The notes: generated by a model not told the origin, from the letters alone. Shown: positions 1 through 8,944, numbered from the stretch's first letter. The stretch: DNA of 32,224 nt from Vampirovibrionales bacterium (GCA_044345135.1 JBIJBR010000002.1:1-32224); one strand, 5' to 3'. Numbers and translations: made by a program.

Positions 1-11
1 GTAATGCCTCC

Positions 12-1694
12 ATGATTAAAACAACCCCCCAAGCGCCTTCCAACCCAACGGTTTCAACAATCGCTGTTCCCCTAGAACATTCAGCAGACCTGATTCGCAT
101 TGGCCTCAGTAATGATGCCATGACGGGTGTCTACCATTCCCGTCTCATTTTAAGTGCAGACGCGCCATTTTTTATTTCACTGGAAAAGGGCTTACCTCCT
201 GTTAAGCACTTTCAAGCGGGTGACGCTCTGCAATGGACGCTTGAAAATGGCCAGCTCCGTTTAGAGGTCCGCTATGCAGGACAAAGCACTTTTTATCCCT
301 TAACGTTAAATGAAATGACTCAAAACGCGTGGATACAACCCGACGCGTCTAACAGCTTTTTAAAGGTACTGAATATAACACGCAAAGGGGAAACGCCACG
401 GTATCGAGGGGTTTTACACGTGTTAGCTTCCCCTCAAACACCAAGTGCTGCTCGTTTACTGTTGGTGAATCAATTACCCATGCAAGATTATTTACGTGCG
501 GTGGTTCCCAATGAATTACCCATACGTTTTGGAGCTGAAGCGGTGAAAGCCCAAGCGGTGGCGGCTCGTAATTATGCCGTGCGTCCCCGTGAAAAAAAAT
601 GGTTTGATTTTGATTTGTGTGACAGTCAGATGTGCCAAGCCTATTATGGCCAACAAACCGAAACCCCTGAAACAGATGCCTTATTAAACGCCACCGAAGG
701 GCAAGTCCTCCTTTACGGGCCAGACGTGGCGCTCACCTTATATAGTTCTTCCCATGGGGGGGTGAGCACGCCGTATCATCATGCCTTTAGTGACCCTGTG
801 ACACAGGCGTTTCCTGCCCCTGCCTTGCCCTATTTAAAGTCCGTGTGGGATGATCCTCGAACCGCGCGTGCGTACCCAGATTTGTCTCATGAGGCGACTT
901 TTTTGGCCTATTTAAAGGATGATACCATCGCGAGTTTTGACCGTAAATCGCCGCATTTTCGCTGGAAGGAACAGTGGTACTTTACCGAAATGAGCGACGC
1001 AATGAAACGGTTCTTACCAGAAACCTTAAAACAGCCGTCTACCGCGCGATGGATTCATCCTGAAGGCTCTATTTTAAAAGAAGTTGGACAAGTCCGTGGT
1101 GTTGACGTGCTTGAACGAGATATCTCAGGCAAATTAATGCGTTTGAAAATCAGAACCACCACAGGAGCCGTCACCCTTAGCAAAGAACTTGTCATTCGTA
1201 GTGTCTTACGTGCTCCTCAAAAACGTTTGCTTTCTGCTAGTATTGCCTTTGAACCTTGGCGAGATGAAGACACTCAAAAAGTTAAAGGACTCACGATTTA
1301 CGGCACAGGTTTTGGACACGGAGTAGGCATGAGTCAGTTTGGAGCCAGTGGCATGAACGACTTGGGCTTTCAATACCCGGAAATTCTGAGTCACTACTAT
1401 CCACAAACCCGCCTAGGCAGTCAACCTCTACAGCTCAATGAACAGAGGCCTCAAGTGCAACAGGTGCACGGCATCCCCAAAAATCGAGTGATTTTACATC
1501 TTCAGTCACTCACAGGACGGGGGATGTCAGAGCCCCTGACTTTGCAGATCAACCAAGCCTCCTTACGGATGCAACCCTTTAGGAACAAGCAAAAGGCCTT
1601 TGATGTCACCCCTTACGTCGACGGAAGCTCCCTCAATACCTTGCATTGGCCCCCCATGAAAAACATGCGGGTGTGGTTAAGTTTCGAACCCTAA
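12..1694 (+). CDS. SpoIID/LytB-domain protein (peptidoglycan lytic transglycosylase-like); 5' end possibly outside window
   Basis: 560-aa ORF with SpoIID signature stretches AVKAQAVAARNYAV, DLCDSQMCQAYYG and GFGHGVGMSQFGA. There is no in-frame stop between the window edge and the ATG at 12, and no signal peptide, so the true start may lie upstream. Stop TAA. Confidence 0.8.
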   Translation: MIKTTPQAPSNPTVSTIAVPLEHSADLIRIGLSNDAMTGVYHSRLILSADAPFFISLEKGLPPVKHFQAGDALQWTLENGQLRLEVRYAGQSTFYPLTLNEMTQNAWIQPDASNSFLKVLNITRKGETPRYRGVLHVLASPQTPSAARLLLVNQLPMQDYLRAVVPNELPIRFGAEAVKAQAVAARNYAVRPREKKWFDFDLCDSQMCQAYYGQQTETPETDALLNATEGQVLLYGPDVALTLYSSSHGGVSTPYHHAFSDPVTQAFPAPALPYLKSVWDDPRTARAYPDLSHEATFLAYLKDDTIASFDRKSPHFRWKEQWYFTEMSDAMKRFLPETLKQPSTARWIHPEGSILKEVGQVRGVDVLERDISGKLMRLKIRTTTGAVTLSKELVIRSVLRAPQKRLLSASIAFEPWRDEDTQKVKGLTIYGTGFGHGVGMSQFGASGMNDLGFQYPEILSHYYPQTRLGSQPLQLNEQRPQVQQVHGIPKNRVILHLQSLTGRGMSEPLTLQINQASLRMQPFRNKQKAFDVTPYVDGSSLNTLHWPPMKNMRVWLSFEP

Positions 1695-1842
1695 GCAGGC
1701 ACTATAGTGTTTTTCAGCCAAAAATTGAAAGGTTTAACCCTTACACCAACCGACGTTCACGCAAAAATCCGAGCGGGTGAGCGGATTGCGAATCCCCGAG
1801 AGATTTTGCGGACGTCCGATGGGAGCGAGTGGGGCAAGCGAA

Positions 1843-1927
1843 AAGGAAGAGAAGGGGGGAGGATTTTCAAGGAGGGGGGAAGAGAAGGAGAGCCGCAACA
1901 ATTTCCTTTTCTTTCCCCCTCCTTGAA
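1843..1927 (+). repeat. Homopurine mirror repeat (1843-1862 / 1871-1890) followed by complementary homopyrimidine arm (1902-1924); long hairpin 1866-1927
   Basis: Read directly. aaggaagagaaggggggagg reversed matches ggaggggggaagagaaggag at 19/20 positions. 1866-1891 pairs with 1902-1927 over 26 bp, including 3 G-U pairs that are only valid on the + strand RNA. Confidence 0.8.
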
Positions 1928-1944
1928 CGGATTTAGAGGTGTTG

Positions 1945-1981
1945 GAGACCTTTTTCCGCGAAAAGGTCTCTGACGAGCGAC
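1945..1981 (+). repeat. Palindromic repeat element, degenerate copy (GAGACCTTTT-N6-AAAAGGTCTC + GACGAGCGAC)
   Basis: 10-bp stem with 6-nt loop. It shares the core and the 3' flank GGTCTCTGACGAG[C/T]GAC with the copy at 16962-17003. Confidence 0.75.
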
Positions 1982-2015
1982 CAGCTAAAAATGAAAGCCT
2001 GCCATATAAAGCGCT

Positions 2016-3767
2016 TTAAGCGTTCACATTGAGGGGCTTGGGAGGAGCCAGAGGTATAAGAGAAGCGTCGGGATGGGTCTTTGAATGATTAGGCTGGTCT
2101 AAAACATATTCCGCAGGATACATAGGGGCATCTCCCTGTTGAACATAAATATGCCCTTTCTTGGGATTGTCCACATTATCCGTTAAATAATGTTCTCTTT
2201 CCTGAATCGAAACCCCTGGGAACTGTTTGGCCAAAATGGATTCTGGCCCCGTTAAAGCCTCTACATGCCACGCCTGAGGACCCAAGTATTTTTGGGCCGT
2301 CTTTTCCACATCACCCGCGGAGACATTTAAATAACTTTCTTGTAAAGCTTGTCGGCTAATAGGGGGCAAGCCGTCTCGTAATCGATTAGACGTATTCGAC
2401 ATAATCCCTAGGCTGGTGACATCCGTGTCTCGCATGGTATGAATAATGCGTCGTTTGACTTTGTCCAGTTCTTGTTCAGAAGGAGCGGCTTTGACGTAAG
2501 TATTAATGGCATCTTGCTGACCGTCAATCGCCTCAGACAATTTATCCCCATCAATTTCTTCAGACACTTCATATTCACCATAGTGCTTATTCGATTCAAT
2601 GCCTGAAGACACGCTATAAACCAAACCTCGTTCCGTACGCATGGTTTTAAATAAAGACCCTGTCATTCCCCCCATCAGGTTTTTCATAATCACAAAGGAA
2701 GGGTGATCTTCCGTCCCGACTTCAGGTGCCTTCCACAAGGTGGACATATGCACGCGGTCCAGTCGGTTGTCAGACACCAGAATAGGGGTCTTAATATTTT
2801 TTTCTTTGACAGGTGGGATTTTAATCCCCGCCGTGGGAGGTGCGACCGTATCATTGGTTTTCCACGCTTTGTCTTGAGCCACTTGATTAAACAAAGACGC
2901 TTGCTGTTCAGGCGACAACGCCGAAACCATCGCGATTTGTGTGAGTTCAGGATGAGCGTAACTGGCTTTAAATTGTTGAATCGTCGCTTGAGGGTTCAGG
3001 GTTTGAACTTCCATAATGGTTTGCAAAGTCGATTTACTATAGGGGTGCCCCTCGCCCAATCTGGCTCGTTGTAGGCTTTCTGCTTTTTGAAAATCAGGCT
3101 TATTAGACAAATTCAATAAATTTTGCATCACAATGGTACGAGACGACTCATATTCTTTCTCATCCGTTTCAGGCGTTTTTAAAAAATCCAAACCCAAGGC
3201 CAAGAGTTTTTTCTCTTGGCCCGTAGGTCCATTCACCAGTAAAGTAAAATGGTCTTGCGTCACCAAACTTTCTACCGTAATGCCTTGGCCTTGTAAATCA
3301 GACAAAAGCTTTTTTTTCGCCAAGGTTCCATTTAATAACACACTATTGGACAAATGCATTTGCGCATCGTCTGGAAACAACGGCAGTACAAATTCCACAC
3401 AAGCTGTTGGACGGTTCAACGCCTGCTGAAAATACCCCTGTGCCCCATTCTTAAGCTTGATGGGGGTCATATCCCCAATGTCAGGGCTATTTTCTACATT
3501 AAGCGTGTTCATCATTAAAACAGGCTTGGCCCCATAAGGTTCTTCAGCCAGTTGTTGTAATAAAGCTCGTTCTTCCGCGCTATTGGGAATAATGTGTACC
3601 TTGGGGATATTGGGAATCGATTGGGGTTCCAAAACCGTTTGAGACGCGTCGTGAGATTGAATCGGCAACGGTAAGGGTTTCGCCGTGGAGGCGGGTGTGG
3701 GTAAATTAGTAGTGCTAGGGGGGTGAAGGGCAATCATATGAAAAATCCTTTTATCAAAAACGTTCAA
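2016..3767 (-). CDS. M16-family peptidase-like protein, probably non-catalytic subunit
   Basis: 583-aa ORF immediately downstream of the active M16 gene (15-nt gap). It has two-domain M16-like length and architecture, but the HxxEH position reads AQMHLSNSVLLNGT, so the zinc motif is lost. Long Pro-rich N-terminus, no signal peptide. Stop TAA. Confidence 0.6.
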   Translation of the reverse strand: MNVFDKRIFHMIALHPPSTTNLPTPASTAKPLPLPIQSHDASQTVLEPQSIPNIPKVHIIPNSAEERALLQQLAEEPYGAKPVLMMNTLNVENSPDIGDMTPIKLKNGAQGYFQQALNRPTACVEFVLPLFPDDAQMHLSNSVLLNGTLAKKKLLSDLQGQGITVESLVTQDHFTLLVNGPTGQEKKLLALGLDFLKTPETDEKEYESSRTIVMQNLLNLSNKPDFQKAESLQRARLGEGHPYSKSTLQTIMEVQTLNPQATIQQFKASYAHPELTQIAMVSALSPEQQASLFNQVAQDKAWKTNDTVAPPTAGIKIPPVKEKNIKTPILVSDNRLDRVHMSTLWKAPEVGTEDHPSFVIMKNLMGGMTGSLFKTMRTERGLVYSVSSGIESNKHYGEYEVSEEIDGDKLSEAIDGQQDAINTYVKAAPSEQELDKVKRRIIHTMRDTDVTSLGIMSNTSNRLRDGLPPISRQALQESYLNVSAGDVEKTAQKYLGPQAWHVEALTGPESILAKQFPGVSIQEREHYLTDNVDNPKKGHIYVQQGDAPMYPAEYVLDQPNHSKTHPDASLIPLAPPKPLNVNA

Positions 3768-3782
3768 TACGTTTGGGTGGTC

Positions 3783-5555
3783 TTAAGCGTGTAGATTTAA
3801 AGCGTGACGAGAGGACTTACGTTGAAGTTTAATATCTGATTTATCTACAGGATCACTGGGCTGATCACTGTTAGGAGCCGTAGGTGTTCCCTCCGTCAAG
3901 GGAGGTGAAAGTTCAGGTGTTTCAGTATGAGCAACTTGAGATTGAAAGCTAGGCAATACACCCATTACATTGGATGTTTTTTGACTTTCAAGCGCTTTTT
4001 CTCCAGGTAAGGCATAGGCCAACACATAGCTGTCGCCTTTCAGGTAGCATTGGGCATAGGCTTGAACATCTTCAGGTTGAAGCTTCTGAATTTCTCTTTC
4101 ATACTGCGTTAAATAATCCATTGAACCTGTCATGGCTTCCGTACCGATGGCGAAGCTAGAATCTTCCCCATGTTGTAAAGACATTTTATGTTGAATGATC
4201 AAGGTTTCTTTAATCGCCTGTAACTTTTCAGGGGTCATGGGGGTTTGGCCCACAGCTAAGAGTTCATTCATCAAAGCCTGCGCCGCTTTTTGTTCATGAC
4301 CTTCGAAGCTGTGCATCATAAACATACTCATACCCGTTTGTTTTTGGGGGCTATTGGCCATTGAAACATCCATGGCCAGGTGTTGTTCATCCACCAAGTG
4401 ACGATTAAGCGGAGAGAGTTCATCCCCCGTTAAGTAGACTTCCAAAATTTCTTGTAAGGCCCGTCCTTTCACATCCTTCTTTTTAGGACCTTCAAAACCA
4501 AGTAAGACCAAAGAAAGACCACTGAGCTTAGGGTCTATATACGTTTGTTCTCTAATTTCCTTAGGCTTTAAAGCCCATTTCAAACTCGCTTGATTCACGG
4601 GACTGGGCTGAGCCACCGCATGCCCAAATTCTTTGTTCATCAAGGGCAATACATCGCTAGGATTCACATTGCCTGATAAAACCGTCAGCATATTGGTGGG
4701 GGTATAAAAAGTCTTAAAAAATTGATCTAAGTCCTCCGCCGTGGTGGATTTAACATCCTCTCGGCTGCCCAAGGTTTGATAAGACACAGGGCGGTCAAAC
4801 ATCAGTTCAAAGCCTTTGTCCATTAAACGAAGGGTCGAACTTTCCAAGCGTTCACTGGCTTCATTCAATACATTTTTACGTTCTTGGTCAATATTTTTAG
4901 CCTCATAATGAGGATGTAAAACTTGTTCGGCATGGAGTTGTAGCATGCTCGGCAAGTCTTCGCGATTAAAGTGTAGTTCATGTTGGACTTCTTCATCACT
5001 GGTGCTCGCATTCAGCGAAACCCCATAGGCTTCAATATGTTCTACCCATTCATTTTTTTTAGGGAAATTTTGCGTCGTTAAGAAATGGCAATGTTCATCT
5101 AAGTGCGCAATCCCTGATTTAAAGCCTGTCTGAGGATATAAAGCACTCGGGTAAACGGCATTTTCATTGGCGGATCCCACCCGAATAAAGGTCCGTAAAC
5201 TCACAATGTTGTCGGGGCGTCGTTCAAAAAGCACTTGATGCCCATTCTTCAGTACGTAATGGTCTACTCGATTGCCATTGGGTAAACGAGTGGAAGGAAG
5301 GGTTTGAATCCCTAGTTTTTTGAGTGTCGCCTCTGAAGTTTCAGGCGTGCTCGCAGGCAAAGACCTTGTATTGCCGCGGGCATTTGGAGACGTATCCATC
5401 AAAGGGGCGAGTAAAGCAGGGGTTTCAAGCAAGGGGAGTTCACAAGGTTGCTGCTGACAAGGGGAAGCCTCCCGAAGGGCGGTTCCTGCAGATTTAGAAT
5501 AAGGAAAAGGTCCTGTCAATTGTGGAGAGATCATAAAATAAACATCCCTAATCAT
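3783..5555 (-). CDS. M16-family (pitrilysin/insulinase-like) zinc metallopeptidase
   Basis: 590-aa ORF with the inverted zinc motif GIAHLDEHCHFLTT (HLDEH at 5091-5105) and downstream NASTSDEE. About 100 aa of low-complexity N-terminus, so the start is uncertain. Stop TAA. Confidence 0.8.
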   Translation of the reverse strand: MIRDVYFMISPQLTGPFPYSKSAGTALREASPCQQQPCELPLLETPALLAPLMDTSPNARGNTRSLPASTPETSEATLKKLGIQTLPSTRLPNGNRVDHYVLKNGHQVLFERRPDNIVSLRTFIRVGSANENAVYPSALYPQTGFKSGIAHLDEHCHFLTTQNFPKKNEWVEHIEAYGVSLNASTSDEEVQHELHFNREDLPSMLQLHAEQVLHPHYEAKNIDQERKNVLNEASERLESSTLRLMDKGFELMFDRPVSYQTLGSREDVKSTTAEDLDQFFKTFYTPTNMLTVLSGNVNPSDVLPLMNKEFGHAVAQPSPVNQASLKWALKPKEIREQTYIDPKLSGLSLVLLGFEGPKKKDVKGRALQEILEVYLTGDELSPLNRHLVDEQHLAMDVSMANSPQKQTGMSMFMMHSFEGHEQKAAQALMNELLAVGQTPMTPEKLQAIKETLIIQHKMSLQHGEDSSFAIGTEAMTGSMDYLTQYEREIQKLQPEDVQAYAQCYLKGDSYVLAYALPGEKALESQKTSNVMGVLPSFQSQVAHTETPELSPPLTEGTPTAPNSDQPSDPVDKSDIKLQRKSSRHALNLHA

Positions 5556-5572
5556 TAAAGAGTAAGCCTATG

Positions 5573-5600
5573 TTGTATAGTGGCATAAACACCATAAAAT
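5573..5600 (+). promoter_or_regulatory. Candidate sigma70-type promoter upstream of flhB-like gene
   Basis: TTGTAT (5573-5578), 16-nt spacer, TAAAAT (5595-5600), about 105 nt upstream of the ATG at 5706. Sequence match only. Confidence 0.3.
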
Positions 5601-5705
5601 CTCAAATTGTGCTAGCGTTTATTTTAATCCCGTTTTATCTCCGTTAGACTTATGCTAGGATGAGGGAACAAAGATCATTCTCTAACCGCGTAAAGGGCAA
5701 GGCCA

Positions 5706-6806
5706 ATGGGTGATGAAGACAAATCCTTTGAAGCCTCTCAGCAAAAATTGCAACGCTTACGAGAATCGGGTCAAATCATTAAAAGCCGAGACCTTTCCTC
5801 CGCCTTGTTTTTGGCCATTATGTTTATTTTACTCTTAGCGCTGTCTCCCTTTGTGTTTCGAACGGTGGCGGATATGTTTGTGGTCTTTTTTAATTTAATC
5901 CCCCAACAACATTTGGAAGACATGGGCAAGTCCTTTTTAATTTTACAGAGTATTAAAGGATTATTACTGCCGACCTTACCCTTTTTAGCCTTGGCGTATT
6001 TTATCGCTTTTTTTGCCGATTTTTTACAAGTCGGGCCTCTCTTTGCCCTGAAATCAATTACCCCCAAACTCGATAAACTCAACCCCATTAACGGCCTAAA
6101 AGGGATTTTTTCTAAACGCACCGTGGTGGAACTGTTTAAAAACTTACTAAAAATTGGTATTTTATTTTACTTGGGTTATACCTCGTTCATGAAGCATTTG
6201 CCCGAAATGATTAACAGCATGCAGAGTGATCAACCGATGATTATTTTGTACTTGGTGGGAAAAATTTTACAAGATTTTATTTTCGTCGCCATTGTCTTTT
6301 TTATTATTATCGGTTTTGGGGATTATTTATACCAACGCACCAAATTTATGAATGACCAAAAAATGTCGCTTAAAGAAGTAAAAGACGAATACAAGCAGTC
6401 CGAAGGAGACCCTATGGTCAAGCATATGTTGAAGCAAAAACGTATGCAAATGATGATGCAACGCCAATTAGAAGCCGTCCCCACCGCGGATGTCATTACC
6501 ACCAATCCGATTCACGTGGCGGTGGCCTTAAAATATAAACCCAAAGAAATGGAAGCGCCGCTGGTCGTGGCCAAAGGAGCGGAACATTTTGCGGAACGTA
6601 TTAAAGCCATGGCGCGGGAACATAATATCCCCATTGTCGAAAATCCCGTACTGGCTCGTACCTTATACCGTGTGGTGGATGTCAATCAAGACATTCCCCC
6701 TGACCTGTACCAAGCCGTGGCAGAAATTTTAATGTTTGCGTGGCAAATGAAGGGAGACAGTCCCCTTCAAAAAGCCCAAGACGCCCTCCCAACAAGCAAT
6801 CCATAA
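5706..6806 (+). CDS. flhB: FlhB/YscU/SpaS-family type III export apparatus switch protein
   Basis: 366 aa. The N-terminus KSFEASQQKLQRLRESGQIIKSRDL is typical of the family. Four hydrophobic helices. The C-terminal domain TTNPIHVAVALKY...PLVVAKG...IPIVENPVLARTLY has the autocleavage motif as NPIH (6504-6515) rather than NPTH. Stop TAA. Confidence 0.85.
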   Translation: MGDEDKSFEASQQKLQRLRESGQIIKSRDLSSALFLAIMFILLLALSPFVFRTVADMFVVFFNLIPQQHLEDMGKSFLILQSIKGLLLPTLPFLALAYFIAFFADFLQVGPLFALKSITPKLDKLNPINGLKGIFSKRTVVELFKNLLKIGILFYLGYTSFMKHLPEMINSMQSDQPMIILYLVGKILQDFIFVAIVFFIIIGFGDYLYQRTKFMNDQKMSLKEVKDEYKQSEGDPMVKHMLKQKRMQMMMQRQLEAVPTADVITTNPIHVAVALKYKPKEMEAPLVVAKGAEHFAERIKAMAREHNIPIVENPVLARTLYRVVDVNQDIPPDLYQAVAEILMFAWQMKGDSPLQKAQDALPTSNP

Positions 6807-6834
6807 GAACACCGCACCCCCGCGTTTGAAGCAT

Positions 6835-7269
6835 TTAAACACAGGTGGGATGCGAAGTCAGCATCTCCAAAATAGTGGGAATTAGTAAGCGGCCTGCCTG
6901 TGATTTATTCACCGCACGAAAAGGGTGAGGCGGCACATCGGTGGAGCCACTCACGATAATGACGCGATCAGCGGGAAGGCCTTTTTGAATCCACGCCTCT
7001 ACCAAACGTAAGCCATCGCCCCCATGGGCCAATTGCCAATCCATGAGTAGGACATCAGGCCAGTGGGGTTCGCTTTGCTTCGCATTTAAAAGCAGCCAAG
7101 GCTGTGTTGCCTCTACAGAATCCGCGACTTGAAACACGACAGGGGTATTAAACGCCATACCTGCTAAAAGCTGAAAGGCTTCCTGCCATTTGGCTTCATC
7201 TTCCACAATCCAGACCCTCGGCGTGGCTGGTGATGAATCAACGCTATTTAAAAATGTGGCAGTATTCAT
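6835..7269 (-). CDS. Stand-alone response regulator receiver (CheY-like) protein
   Basis: 144 aa. VWIVEDE acidic pocket, phospho-acceptor Asp in VLLMDWQL, IIVSGS, and Lys in AVNKS. No output domain. Stop TAA. Confidence 0.75.
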   Translation of the reverse strand: MNTATFLNSVDSSPATPRVWIVEDEAKWQEAFQLLAGMAFNTPVVFQVADSVEATQPWLLLNAKQSEPHWPDVLLMDWQLAHGGDGLRLVEAWIQKGLPADRVIIVSGSTDVPPHPFRAVNKSQAGRLLIPTILEMLTSHPTCV

Positions 7270-7402
7270 TAAAGTTAATCCTTTTCCTCAATAAGCTAAC
7301 CTTGAGGTGTACATTACCTATACGGTACCAAAATACAGGAAACCGTACCTCCCCTATATGGGGGAATCCATTCCAGTTTACCCAATACGCAAAACGGCAC
7401 GC

Positions 7403-8944
7403 TTAAATTTGAACACTCAAGACCAAGTAACGTATCATGGCTTGATGATAAGCTTGTTCCGATTCAATGACCTTACGAAAGGCCTCCGTACTTTCACGTT
7501 CACGCAAGTTTAACACAAACAGGGTGCTGTCCCCTAATTCAAATTGTGTGCGCTCTCCAGCTTCTAAGGCTTGGGCGGTTTTCCACTCTCCCGTCGCGGC
7601 GGTATACATCACATATTGAGCCTCTAAATCGGCGAGCGTCTGTTCTAAGTCGGCCATCAATGCTTGATACACCAACACGTATTCAAGGTCCAAAGCCTCT
7701 AAATTCAATTCCCCTATACGAAGCTTGCCTTTGGCCATTCGATTACGCAAAGGCAATTCATACTTGACTCCAGCTTTTAAGGCGGGACCAATGCCATTGT
7801 CTCCCGTTTGAAAACTGGGGCTTAAAAAAGCATCCAGCTTGGGAAGCAAGGCCTGTTTAGCCAGAGCGACATCCAACTGCGCAATGTCTTTGCTAATGGG
7901 AAAGCTCAACAAGCGAGGGTGCCGTTGCACCATCGACAATCGTGCAGATTCAGACAAATCGCTTCGCTTGGGAGCCAGAGGCTGAGGCAAATGTAGTTCT
8001 GGCGGGGTCCACGTGTCACTAAAGTCCAAACGACCTTTCGTGTAAGCCTCATTCCATAATAAAAGGCTCAGCTTAATACGGGCTTTCTGTACATTTAAGG
8101 TATCCTTGGCCAATTGGCCTTGCCGTTTCTGAACTTCTTTTTGAACCTCTATATTGGCGATAGTAGGCAAATCTCCCGCAGAAACCCGTTTTTGAACTTG
8201 AAGCACTCGCGTTTGCCCCAAGCGTAATAACTGTTGACTCGTCATTTGCAAACGTTGACTCGCCACCCATTCCCAATAGGCATCGCCCATTTTTTGTTGA
8301 AGCTGTAATTCTTTTTCTTGAAGCCCTAAAGCCGCTTGTTGAAGTTCTAAAACCGCTTGTTTTTCAGCGACACTAAAGGGGTTAATCTGACGATATCGCC
8401 ATAACGGCAATAAAAGATTGGTATAAAATTCGCCGCCATCCCCCACAGGAGAAACACTAGAAGACAAATCACCACGGGCCGTTCGGTAGCCCCCTTCCAG
8501 CTGAAGGCCGTAACGCGTCAGCACACTCAACGCCGTGTCTGACAAAAAACTTTCTTTCGCTTGACCTGGAGCGGATGAATTATTATAGCGTCTAAACTCA
8601 GCATTGCCGCTTAACTTAGGGTCAAAAGCCCCTTGGCTCACCAAAAGCTTGGCTTGCGCTGTTTGCATTTTTAAACGAGCCAAGCGTAGCTCTGGGTGCG
8701 TTTGCTTCACCCACATCAGTGCTTGCCGTAATTGGAGTCCTTCCTGTGGATTCACCACCAACTGAGTCAGGGGTTCAAGTCCTGCTGGGGAAGAATAAAT
8801 GAAGGTTACGGGACTTAAATCCACCTTAGGCGCGTGAGGCGAATGTTTAGACCACGCCATAGCCCCCCCTAAGACAGAAAAGACAAGCCCCCAAACGCCG
8901 CCCCATACCAAAACGAAATAAGTCTTATTTCTGTTTACCCGCAT
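7403..8944 (-). CDS. TolC-family outer membrane efflux/secretion protein
   Basis: OEP-type helical repeats, e.g. LQLRQALMWVKQTHPELRLARLKMQTAQAKLLVSQGAFDPKL. The ORF opens at 8983, but the ATG at 8944 gives a good signal peptide (MRVNRNK, hydrophobic core, AMA) and has GGAGA upstream. It overlaps the hlyD-like stop by 20 nt. Stop TAA. Confidence 0.75.
   Translation of the reverse strand: MRVNRNKTYFVLVWGGVWGLVFSVLGGAMAWSKHSPHAPKVDLSPVTFIYSSPAGLEPLTQLVVNPQEGLQLRQALMWVKQTHPELRLARLKMQTAQAKLLVSQGAFDPKLSGNAEFRRYNNSSAPGQAKESFLSDTALSVLTRYGLQLEGGYRTARGDLSSSVSPVGDGGEFYTNLLLPLWRYRQINPFSVAEKQAVLELQQAALGLQEKELQLQQKMGDAYWEWVASQRLQMTSQQLLRLGQTRVLQVQKRVSAGDLPTIANIEVQKEVQKRQGQLAKDTLNVQKARIKLSLLLWNEAYTKGRLDFSDTWTPPELHLPQPLAPKRSDLSESARLSMVQRHPRLLSFPISKDIAQLDVALAKQALLPKLDAFLSPSFQTGDNGIGPALKAGVKYELPLRNRMAKGKLRIGELNLEALDLEYVLVYQALMADLEQTLADLEAQYVMYTAATGEWKTAQALEAGERTQFELGDSTLFVLNLRERESTEAFRKVIESEQAYHQAMIRYLVLSVQI

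Noticed and set aside
1783-1795. tRNA T-arm-like GGATTGCGAATCC
   Set aside because: The loop is only 3 nt. There are no acceptor, D or anticodon arms around it and no CCA-proximal context. It is not a tRNA or tmRNA.
1945-1970. GAGACC/GGTCTC (BsaI/Eco31I-type recognition sequence) in both palindrome copies, as evidence of a restriction-modification link
   Set aside because: The hexamer also occurs elsewhere in coding sequence, and no R-M genes are in the window. Coincidence is the simpler reading.
1707-1973. 88-aa ORF in the spoIID/M16 spacer
   Set aside because: Its translation is a low-complexity G/R/E/K readout of the purine mirror repeat. It has no SD and lies over the hairpins and the repeat element. 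It is also one of the few ORFs here ending in TGA. I treat it as non-coding.
1969-1981. Hammerhead-ribozyme-like CUGACGA box next to the palindrome (also at 16992-16998)
   Set aside because: CUGANGA is matched and a helix precedes it. However, no helix II followed by GAAA and helix III can be drawn in either copy, and the sequence downstream of GACGAG[C/T]GAC is not conserved between the two copies.
5706-6806. A type III secretion or flagellar gene cluster
   Set aside because: Only the FlhB/YscU-family gene is present. None of the flanking ORFs resembles FlhA, FliPQR, the ATPase or ring components, so no cluster is claimed.
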